From NCBI GenBank assembly GCA_048884965.1, contig JBHLQH010000048.1:1-18561 (forward strand): a DNA stretch of 18,561 nucleotides, given 5' to 3'. Source of the DNA: Candidatus Thorarchaeota archaeon (GTDB taxonomy: Archaea > Asgardarchaeota > Thorarchaeia > Thorarchaeales > Thorarchaeaceae). The notes beneath the pieces are model-generated. The model had not been told where the DNA came from. It was given only the letters and a program-made list of their open reading frames with translations, and did not search any database. Each line of letters opens with the position of its first letter. Positions within the stretch are counted from its first letter, which is position 1. Shown piece after piece: positions 1 to 7,378 of this stretch. The translations under genes were made by a program, and so were the position numbers.

Positions 1-962
1 TCGAAGCCATCGATTCCTGAACCCAATCCGTCAATGCTGTTCGTTAGAGCCAATGTCATAAGAATCGCTTGCTGAGTAGGGGTTACTCCGTACTGTGCAT
101 CCAGCCTGAATTGGATTCTTCCAAACCACATCATTGCGAGGAAATACTTTGTAAGAGTTTCAGAACGAGTATAATGCCCTCGAGGGATGTATTGTGTGAA
201 ATCCTCTCTGTATCCCATAAACCAATCAGACTTGATATCTTGTGCTTCCTCAATTAGATTGATGGTGTAGGATACGTCTAACTCGACATCAGGATGCACT
301 TCAGTTTCATTATTGAGTAGTAGAGCGGCAACTGAAAAATAGATAACATTCCTTCTAGCGGCTTCCTTCCATTCTCCAGCAGGAGCTGAAGCATATTGAT
401 CCAAAGAGTCCTGAAGCATCGATTGTGTAAGATTTCCAAGCAAATCCCAGAATGAATAGACTTCTGCTTCTCTTAGGGCTAGGTCATAGCAGACATGGAA
501 TGCATGCAAGACTGCATCACTGGTGATAAAATTGGGTATGTATGAATCCTTGTTATCCTCAAGGATTTCATATATCTGGTCGAATTCATTTTGAGGACGC
601 ACAATGAATCCATTGGCCTCGATTAAGGCTAGTTCGTTTGCGGTGAGATACGAGAATTGATTGAGATTTACAATATTGACAAGTCCAGGAGACACAATAT
701 AAACAGGAGCATTTGGAATGAAATCCTCCGAATAGGGTATGTACGTGCCAAATGAATTCGTTATGCTTCCATTGAATGATAGTAGACTACCTCCAACTAA
801 TTCGCCATTGTAGTTAGGCAATCGATAAGGTGTAAAGACACCTCCAAAGAATCCGATCATCATCACCAAACTAGCTGCCATGATAGTAGCGGCTACGCTG
901 CCACCAATCATCTTGCGTTTCGTTCCAGCGTCAATAGCTCTGACTATATCAATAGGAAACAT
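1..962 (-). CDS. DUF3160 domain-containing membrane-anchored/secreted protein (partial, runs off window start)
   Basis: Not in the ORF track because it has no stop in the window. Manual translation from ATG at 962 is open to the window edge: MFPIDIVRAIDAGTKRKMIGGSVAATIMAASLVMMIGFFGGVF (N-terminal TM), then PNFITSDAVLHAFHVCYDLALRE and EDFTQYIPRGHYTRSETLTKYFLAMMWFGRIQF, which match DUF3160 family motifs. Confidence 0.85.
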   Translation of the reverse strand, partial: MFPIDIVRAIDAGTKRKMIGGSVAATIMAASLVMMIGFFGGVFTPYRLPNYNGELVGGSLLSFNGSITNSFGTYIPYSEDFIPNAPVYIVSPGLVNIVNLNQFSYLTANELALIEANGFIVRPQNEFDQIYEILEDNKDSYIPNFITSDAVLHAFHVCYDLALREAEVYSFWDLLGNLTQSMLQDSLDQYASAPAGEWKEAARRNVIYFSVAALLLNNETEVHPDVELDVSYTINLIEEAQDIKSDWFMGYREDFTQYIPRGHYTRSETLTKYFLAMMWFGRIQFRLDAQYGVTPTQQAILMTLALTNSIDGLGSGIDGF

Positions 963-987
963 ACAATACACTTCACATATTTCTACT

Positions 988-1037
988 TAGTACCATGTTA
1001 TAGAACATATTGTTCAGACATTAGAACAATACTCTAA
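988..1037. promoter_or_regulatory. Candidate operator array between divergent DUF3160 and HTH genes
   Basis: GAACA-TAT-TGTTC (1003-1015) and TTAGA-N7-TCTAA (1021-1037) inverted repeats; TAGAACA repeated at 1001 and 1022 (21 bp apart); a degenerate TAGTAC-CAT-GTTATA at 988-1002. Confidence 0.45.
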
Positions 1038-1071
1038 GCGAAGATATTATCAGTTCTTACTAGATTGAATA

Positions 1072-1539
1072 ATGAGGCGGCGTAGTATGGGAGAAGAACC
1101 AGAGCAGAATATCTTGGACCATGACCTGAGAGGTAACACTCTAAGAGTCTACTGGCACATGATTCAAGAGAGCGAACCTGTAGGTGTGCGAGAGGTCCAA
1201 CGGGCTCTAGGCATGTCAAGTCCATCTGTCGCATCACATCACCTAAACAAGCTTGTCAGCTTAGAACTAGTGGAGAAGCGCAGTGATAACAGCTACGAGC
1301 TCGTTCGAATAGTCAAGGTCGGAGTGCTCAGGAATTTCGTGGGATATCGAGGAGTCTTGCTGCCTCGCTACACATTCTTCGCCGTCTTCTTTAGCATATT
1401 TACAGTCGTCTATGGGATACTATCTCTTACCATCTGGATCAGCTTGTTTGATAGACTCATTGCATTAGCATTGGGAACTATAGCATCCCTCTTTGGATGG
1501 TTTGAAACCTATCGTTTATGGAAACTCAAGCTTGTTTAA
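1072..1539 (+). CDS. Winged helix-turn-helix transcriptional regulator with two C-terminal transmembrane helices
   Basis: VGVREVQRALGMSSPSVASHHLNKLVSLELVEK is a LexA-N/ArsR-like wHTH, followed by two hydrophobic segments (FFAVFFSIFTVVYGILSLTIWI; LIALALGTIASLFGWF). Alternative start at ATG 1087 after GAGG. Confidence 0.85.
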   Translation: MRRRSMGEEPEQNILDHDLRGNTLRVYWHMIQESEPVGVREVQRALGMSSPSVASHHLNKLVSLELVEKRSDNSYELVRIVKVGVLRNFVGYRGVLLPRYTFFAVFFSIFTVVYGILSLTIWISLFDRLIALALGTIASLFGWFETYRLWKLKLV

Positions 1540-1622
1540 GAATAGGAAGCACACTCTAGAAACAATTAACTTCAATCGAGATAGTCGAAAGTAAAGAAGT
1601 TGATAGACTTAGAGGTTTCTGA

Positions 1623-4600
1623 ATGGTTCAAAGAAAGACAATAGCAGCTCTTCTCCTAATCTCAGTCGGAATTGGATATTTCTCAGTACTCATCATTTCG
1701 GACTTAGCCAGTCTACCGACAACAACCACGCAAGATTTGATCACTACTTGGACCTTTGAAACTGGTGATGATATCAGCTCAGCACCAGCTTTGTATGATT
1801 TGGATGGGGATGGTGAATTAGAAGTAGTTGCAGGTAGTAATGACAATTCACTATACGCTCTAAATGCAGAAGATGGAAGTGAACTTTGGAAATTCTCTAC
1901 AATGGGAGATATCTCAGCAGCACCGTCGATCGCAGATGTTGATGACGATCGCCTAGCAGAGATTGTGACAGCAGGGTCTGATGGAATAATACATGTAATC
2001 AATGGCGAAGATGGATCGCGTCTTTGGACACCGCCCATTCAGACTTACTTCTACGAAGGGAACATGATCTTTGAGAACGATGAGCACAGGTACCAGATCG
2101 TTGTTGACTCTGGTGCTGAGAGTATGCGAGTCATTCTGACTTGTGGTAGCAATGATTATGACTTATACATAGGATATGAATATGAACCATCAACAAGCGA
2201 CTATGACTATCGAGGCTATACTGGGACTGGAGAGGATATCACGATTTCATATCCAGAAGATGGTACATGGCATCTCATGGTCAGGTCCTTCAGCGGTACA
2301 GGAAACTATGAGCTAAGTATTTCAATTGAGTATGAAGGAGAAACTGACGAGCAGACCTACCAGTTCCAAGGAAATCTTGAGAGCGAGGATGAAGTAGCTT
2401 TTCATTATTTGACTATTCCAGAGGGGACCACAGAAGTGCATATGGTCCTCAGCTGTGGAGATAATGACTTTGATCTCTACGGAGGGCTAGGATATCAACC
2501 TACTCTCAGCAATTATGACTTTAGAGGATTCTCATCTAGTGGGGAGGACCTGCTATTCAGCGATATGGAACCAGGCTATTGGACTTTGATGGTGCATAGC
2601 TATGACGGCTCAGGCCCGTATCGTCTCGTGATTACCGTAACCGTTACAACAAGTTTCATGGCAGGAATCTCAGGGAATCTTGCAGGAAATCCAGTTATCG
2701 CTGATTTGGAAGACAACGACATTCAGAAGGTCATTCTCGCAACAAAAGATGGTCATGTCTATTGCATGGAAGGAGGGACAGGAGCGGTCATCTGGTCATA
2801 TGAGGTCTATTCGAATATCGCTTCTTCTCCCACTGTTGCGGATTTGAATGAGGACGGAATCTTGGACATCATCGTTTCAACGGTTGATGGGTGGATAATC
2901 GCCATTGATGGGTCTACTGGAATAGGTATCTGGAACAGTGGGATTGTATCTACTTCATTCCAAGGAATAGTCACTGCTGATGTGAATGATGATTTGGTTG
3001 ATGATATCATAGCATCATCAGATGGAACTCTGCTCGCCGTAGATGGAAAGACTGGGACTGAGCTCTGGAGTTCACACATCTCATCGTCTGATCTCTCTAG
3101 TCCTGCTCTATCAACAGACCATCATGGGAATATTGAGATATTAGTCGGCTCGGAAGATGGGTATCTGTACAAAGTTGATTCACAATCAGGTGACACTCTC
3201 TGGTCGTACTCGATTGGAGGTGGCATCGTCTTTGCACCCTGTATAGCAGACATGTCCGGTGATGGTCTCTTGGATATCATTGTTACAGACACAACAGGAA
3301 GAATCATCGCACTTGATTCAGTTACTCGGGATATCTTTTGGGAGTTCACAATACCCGGAGCGACTTCCATTCACTTAGCTATTGCAGACATCGGATATGA
3401 TGGAACACTTGATATCATCGCAGGCTGCGATACGAACAGAATCTATGCCATTGAGGTCATTGATTCAGGGAAACGCATCTTTTGGGAAGGTGAGGGAGGT
3501 GACCCCTACTTCTCTCGGACAGGGTCTCTTGGAATAGTCGATGAAGATGGCGATATGCTCTCGACATACTCAGAAGCATACTTCGGATGTTCACCGGTGA
3601 AGAATGACACCGATTCAGATCAAATTCCTGATGGCATTGAAGTCACCCTTGGCCTTTCACCTCTCCTAGTGGACTCAGATTTCGATTCATTAGGGGATTT
3701 CGAAGAAACCTACATCTACCATACAATGGGTAACAACCCTGATTCTGATGCAGACCTCTTGAATGATAACCTCGAAATCTTGGTATATTTCACTGATGCT
3801 CTTTCAAACGATTCGGATTATGATGGCTTGAGTGATGGACTAGAGGTTCTTGTTTATGGCTCCTCTCCGCATAACGTTGATTCGGATAATGATTCCATTC
3901 TCGATGGGCTTGAAGTCAACCTCTATGGAAGCTCGCCAGCTCATGTCGACACCGACTTGGACTCACTTTCAGATTATGATGAGATCTTTGTGCATCATAC
4001 AAATCCGAATGCAACAGATACCGATCGAGACCTGCTTTCGGACGCTGCAGAGTTAAACGTGTACCACTCCAATCCTTTGATCGCAGATTCGGATGCTGAT
4101 GGCGCGATGGACGGACAGGAGGCATATACGATGGGTACAGAGGTCCTCATTGCAGATACAGATGGTGACTCATATCTTGATGGCTGGGAGTACACGTGGG
4201 GCTTTGACCCGCTCTCTGCCAACGTGCCATTGACTCAACCGCTCCTATTCTATGGCCCCTATATTCTTGCAGCGGTGGTCATCGGGATAGTTGGATTCAT
4301 GGTCATCAGATGGGAACGTTCTGATAAGAGAGAAGATGACATTCCTGATACGATTGATAATCAAGCAGCTGGTACAGTTCCAAAGGATACCATTTACGAT
4401 CTGATGGATGGTGTGGAGAAGCCTTGGCTCCATGATGGCAGAGAGCCGCTGATGGATGAAGGGGATATTCATGATTTCATGCAGTGGTTGGTCAAGGAAG
4501 AGAGCTATGCGAATGCACTCATAGATGGTGGTGCCATGCGTGAAGGTGTAGAACGACTTGAAAGGCTTCTAAGCTATGTTGAACAGGAACGAGAATTGCT

Positions 4601-4688
4601 GACAACTAGCAGAGGAACTACGATGTACAATCGAACTCGAGAAAGGATTGCGAAACGTGCAGAAGAGATACGCACGATCATAAATTGA
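1623..4688 (+). CDS. Cell-surface protein: FG-GAP/PQQ-like beta-propeller with two inserted PPC domains, 10 TSP3-like Ca-binding repeats, C-terminal TM helix and cytoplasmic helical domain
   Basis: N-terminal hydrophobic signal/anchor; 8 blades of the form W..SSPxxxD(L/V)xxDGxx(D/E)I(V/I)..DG; two PPC-like copies (CGxNDxDLY..GED..GxW.LMV.S..G.G.Y.L.I); ten D(S/T)DxDxxxDxxE..(G/H)(T/S)xP repeats; TM YILAAVVIGIVGFMVI. RBS GAGGT upstream. Confidence 0.85.
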   Translation: MVQRKTIAALLLISVGIGYFSVLIISDLASLPTTTTQDLITTWTFETGDDISSAPALYDLDGDGELEVVAGSNDNSLYALNAEDGSELWKFSTMGDISAAPSIADVDDDRLAEIVTAGSDGIIHVINGEDGSRLWTPPIQTYFYEGNMIFENDEHRYQIVVDSGAESMRVILTCGSNDYDLYIGYEYEPSTSDYDYRGYTGTGEDITISYPEDGTWHLMVRSFSGTGNYELSISIEYEGETDEQTYQFQGNLESEDEVAFHYLTIPEGTTEVHMVLSCGDNDFDLYGGLGYQPTLSNYDFRGFSSSGEDLLFSDMEPGYWTLMVHSYDGSGPYRLVITVTVTTSFMAGISGNLAGNPVIADLEDNDIQKVILATKDGHVYCMEGGTGAVIWSYEVYSNIASSPTVADLNEDGILDIIVSTVDGWIIAIDGSTGIGIWNSGIVSTSFQGIVTADVNDDLVDDIIASSDGTLLAVDGKTGTELWSSHISSSDLSSPALSTDHHGNIEILVGSEDGYLYKVDSQSGDTLWSYSIGGGIVFAPCIADMSGDGLLDIIVTDTTGRIIALDSVTRDIFWEFTIPGATSIHLAIADIGYDGTLDIIAGCDTNRIYAIEVIDSGKRIFWEGEGGDPYFSRTGSLGIVDEDGDMLSTYSEAYFGCSPVKNDTDSDQIPDGIEVTLGLSPLLVDSDFDSLGDFEETYIYHTMGNNPDSDADLLNDNLEILVYFTDALSNDSDYDGLSDGLEVLVYGSSPHNVDSDNDSILDGLEVNLYGSSPAHVDTDLDSLSDYDEIFVHHTNPNATDTDRDLLSDAAELNVYHSNPLIADSDADGAMDGQEAYTMGTEVLIADTDGDSYLDGWEYTWGFDPLSANVPLTQPLLFYGPYILAAVVIGIVGFMVIRWERSDKREDDIPDTIDNQAAGTVPKDTIYDLMDGVEKPWLHDGREPLMDEGDIHDFMQWLVKEESYANALIDGGAMREGVERLERLLSYVEQERELLTTSRGTTMYNRTRERIAKRAEEIRTIIN
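3540..4225 (+). repeat. Ten tandem 22-23 aa TSP3-like (DxDxDG..D..E..GTxP) calcium-binding repeats
   Basis: Units from DEDGDMLSTYSE and DTDSDQIPDGIE through DTDGDSYLDGWE, counted in the translation. Degenerate at DNA level. Confidence 0.85.
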
Positions 4689-4691
4689 TGG

Positions 4692-4706
4692 AAAGCAACC
4701 TTTATG
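4692..4706 (+). promoter_or_regulatory. Archaeal BRE/TATA promoter of the radical SAM gene
   Basis: AAAGCAACC-TTTATG (TATA-like at 4701-4706) about 45 nt upstream of ATG 4747; GAAGGTG RBS at 4732-4738. Confidence 0.5.
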
Positions 4707-4746
4707 CCCTGATTGATTTCGAAGACAATACGAAGGTGCAATCACC

Positions 4747-5829
4747 ATGAACTATCACATGGTCCTGACGCGACGATGCAATCTCAACTGCCACTATTGC
4801 CATGGTGGAGAGGAGTCAGGTCCAGATGGGGAACTAAAATACTCTGTAGACGACCTTGCAAGATTCCTAGAGAAGGATTACGCTCCGCAGTTGATGTTCT
4901 ACGGAGGCGAGCCTACTCTGAGGATTGAGCTTATGAAGGAGATGATGGACATATTCTCAGATGCCAGATTCATGCTCCAGACAAACGGATTGCGCTTGAA
5001 TCGTATACCAGTTCAATATGTACATAGATTGCATTCGATTTTGATTTCAATAGATGGCACGGAAGAAGTGACTGATTTCTACAGATCAAAAGGGGTGTAC
5101 AAGAAGGTTCTCAAGAATGTGAGTTGGCTGAGAGAGCAGGGATTTAATGGCGATATCGTAGCTCGAATGGCGGTATCACAAGAGAGTGATATCTACCGTG
5201 AAGTGCGACATCTTCTGGACCTACGCAACCCTCATTTCGACCATGTCCACTGGCAGCTGAATGTCATCTGGGATGCAGAGGGTAACTGGCAAGACTTTGA
5301 TAGATGGGTCTCTGAGTCATACAATCCTGGAATCAAAGCTCTTGTTCATGACTGGCTGAACGCAATGAGAAATGGAATTGTAGAAGGTATTGTCCCGTTC
5401 ATACCTATAATGAGATCATTGTTGACAAGAGAAGATTCACTCTTACGTTGTGGCTCGGGTCTGGATACATTCGCGATACATGTTGATGGCTCAATTGGTG
5501 TTTGTCCGATATCTCCCGATTGGGAGTTCTCTCTGGTTGGTGACATTTGGAAATCGTCCCCAGACGATATCAGAGATATAATGAAAGTCGAAGATCCATG
5601 TCCTACATGCGAGGAGTATGGAATATGTGGTGGTAGATGTCTTTTCGCCAATAAGCAGCGTCTCTGGGGAGAGGATGGATTCGACCGAGTGTGTGGAACC
5701 GTCAAATATCTCATAGCACAGCTCAGAGATGTTGAACCAGAGGTTCAGAGGTTGATCAAGTCAGGGATTGTCAGAATTGAAGATTTCCACTATCCTGAGT
5801 ACAATAATGGTTGTGAGATCATTCCCTAA
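4747..5829 (+). CDS. Radical SAM/SPASM protein, putative peptide-modifying, AF0577 (TIGR04084)-like
   Basis: CNLNCHYC (CxxxCxxC), FYGGEPTL, LQTNG, ISIDG; SPASM region CGSG..DG.I.VCP..CPTCEEYGICGGRC (CxxCx5Cx3C); C-terminus GCEIIP as recalled for this archaeal family. Confidence 0.85.
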   Translation: MNYHMVLTRRCNLNCHYCHGGEESGPDGELKYSVDDLARFLEKDYAPQLMFYGGEPTLRIELMKEMMDIFSDARFMLQTNGLRLNRIPVQYVHRLHSILISIDGTEEVTDFYRSKGVYKKVLKNVSWLREQGFNGDIVARMAVSQESDIYREVRHLLDLRNPHFDHVHWQLNVIWDAEGNWQDFDRWVSESYNPGIKALVHDWLNAMRNGIVEGIVPFIPIMRSLLTREDSLLRCGSGLDTFAIHVDGSIGVCPISPDWEFSLVGDIWKSSPDDIRDIMKVEDPCPTCEEYGICGGRCLFANKQRLWGEDGFDRVCGTVKYLIAQLRDVEPEVQRLIKSGIVRIEDFHYPEYNNGCEIIP

Positions 5830-5854
5830 TCGATGCTAAAATCGATATTCATGA

Positions 5855-6361
5855 TCATTCGTCATCTTCAATGACATCTTCCTCGATGAGGCTCTTTCTC
5901 ATGACGACAATCTCCTCGCCTTCACGAGTGGTCTTTTCAACCATCTCATACCCCATCGTCTCATAGAATTTCTGTTGCTCTTCGATGACGTTGTACACAT
6001 CAATCTCTATGTAGGATGCGCCCATATGCTCAAGGAGATTCTCACCGTATTGCACAAGGCGAGTACCAATCTTTCGGCCTCGGTATGATGAAGCAACAGC
6101 AACTCTGCTAATGACACCCGAGTTACCTCGCATCTGAACTCGCATGCATCCGACAACTGTATCTCCTACTAACGCGACATACTGAGTCCCCATCTGAATG
6201 TGACGAGAGATCTTGTCGAGACCCTCGTGTAGTGCTCCTGGGGTCCTAGATAGCTTCTTCTTAACATTCGCATATGCTTCCTTAATGATGGCCTTGATGA
6301 GGTCCACCTCTGACAGCTGGGCGCGTCGAATGATAATTTCAGCATAGTTGTAAATCGGCAA
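5855..6361 (-). CDS. GNAT family N-acetyltransferase
   Basis: ISRVAVASSYRGRKIGTRLV (motif A), KFYETMGY. The track start at 6586 would overlap the divergent GNAT; TTG at 6361 (or GTG at 6367) after AGGTG is more plausible. Confidence 0.85.
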   Translation of the reverse strand: MPIYNYAEIIIRRAQLSEVDLIKAIIKEAYANVKKKLSRTPGALHEGLDKISRHIQMGTQYVALVGDTVVGCMRVQMRGNSGVISRVAVASSYRGRKIGTRLVQYGENLLEHMGASYIEIDVYNVIEEQQKFYETMGYEMVEKTTREGEEIVVMRKSLIEEDVIEDDE

Positions 6362-6463
6362 TACCACCTGTACGATTATATCCGAAAATGTTAGTACGTA
6401 ATGCCATATATGATTTGGGCATTGTACAAAAAAGGTAGCAACACCTTCAATGAGAGGAATATC

Positions 6464-6973
6464 ATGGTGGCTAATATACTTGTTCTCCCGCTCAATAATA
6501 AAGACGCAAAATGGGCGAAGGAATTGTGGGAGAGAAATTGGAGTGATGATATTGTGGTTTCCCGAGGAAAAATACATCATATCCAAGACCTTAGCGGTTT
6601 AATTGCACGGATAAGCAATGGAGATGCAGAACCAATAGGACTCCTCACATACACTCTATCAGACAATCAATTGGAGATCGTTACGCTTGATAGTATAATG
6701 GAAGGAGTTGGGATTGGTACAGCGTTGATTAATGAATGCATTCAGATCGCAAAGAAGAATCATTGTGACAGAGTCTGGCTTGTGACAACCAATGATAATA
6801 CTGAAGCTTTGAGATTCTATCAACGGAGAGGCTTTGCAATTCATATGGTCCATAAAGAAGCAATTAGCGAGTCGAGGAAACTCAAGCCAAAGATCCCACA
6901 TATTGGCAATCACGGAATCCCGATAAGAGATGAGATTGAACTTGAATACGTTCTATCTCCACCATCAGACTGA
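6464..6973 (+). CDS. GNAT family N-acetyltransferase
   Basis: LEIVTLDS..EGVGIGTALI, WLVTTNDNTEALRFYQRRGF, KLKPKIPHIGNHGIPIRDEIELE. Start moved to ATG 6464, preceded by GAGAGG. Confidence 0.88.
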   Translation: MVANILVLPLNNKDAKWAKELWERNWSDDIVVSRGKIHHIQDLSGLIARISNGDAEPIGLLTYTLSDNQLEIVTLDSIMEGVGIGTALINECIQIAKKNHCDRVWLVTTNDNTEALRFYQRRGFAIHMVHKEAISESRKLKPKIPHIGNHGIPIRDEIELEYVLSPPSD

Positions 6974-7032
6974 TATCGTGCTTAGGTTTAATAGCTGATA
7001 GGTATTCATTCATTGTAGCAGGAGGACTATAA

Positions 7033-7188
7033 TTGACAGACGAGAAAACAAATGATGAGAAAGAAATCGCAGAATCACAGAAGATGAGCTCGCGTGATAA
7101 AAAAGAGATCGAGAAGGGTCTCTGCGTCAACTGCGCAGTTGTGTCATTCATTATCATGATAATTGCGATGATTGCAGCAGTACTATAG
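7033..7188 (+). CDS. Small (51 aa) tail-anchored membrane protein with juxtamembrane CxxC
   Basis: AGGAGG RBS at 7020-7025, TTG start 7 nt later; MTDEKTNDEKEIAESQKMSSRDKKEIEKGLCVNCAVVSFIIMIIAMIAAVL*. Charged N-terminal half, then a single C-terminal TM. Shorter than any ORF in the track. Confidence 0.7.
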   Translation: MTDEKTNDEKEIAESQKMSSRDKKEIEKGLCVNCAVVSFIIMIIAMIAAVL

Positions 7189-7334
7189 CATGTAGGCATG
7201 ATGTGACATTCCTCATTGTCCTGCTACTTCTAATCGTATTCACATTTGAATCAGAAAGCATCATGTGCAATACAGATTCTAGCGTGCACTCTCTTGACAA
7301 TACTTGGAATTGTGCACCATATGAGAATGTTGAG

Positions 7335-7371
7335 CAAAAAAGAGTAGAAAGGAGTCACTGAGGACTCCTTT
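7335..7371 (-). terminator. Hairpin plus T-tract terminator downstream of the multipass membrane gene
   Basis: AAAGGAGTC (7348-7356) / GACTCCTTT (7363-7371) 9-bp inverted repeat, followed on the minus strand by CTACTCTTTTTT, starting 8 nt after the stop at 7379. Confidence 0.65.
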
Positions 7372-7378
7372 AGATGTA

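Noticed and set aside
1554-1620. Nested inverted repeats upstream of the FG-GAP gene (TTAACTTC/GAAGTTGA, AGAAAC/GTTTCT)
   Set aside because: Short AT-rich stems with large internal loops; plausible by chance and not supportable without folding statistics.
6362-6586. N-terminal extensions of both GNAT ORFs in the track (starts 6586 and 6401)
   Set aside because: They overlap each other head-to-head and lack GNAT features; RBS-supported starts at 6361 and 6464 leave a normal intergenic gap.
6882-7199. 105-aa minus-strand ORF
   Set aside because: Antisense shadow of the RBS-supported 51-aa plus-strand ORF, and overlaps the GNAT 3' end.
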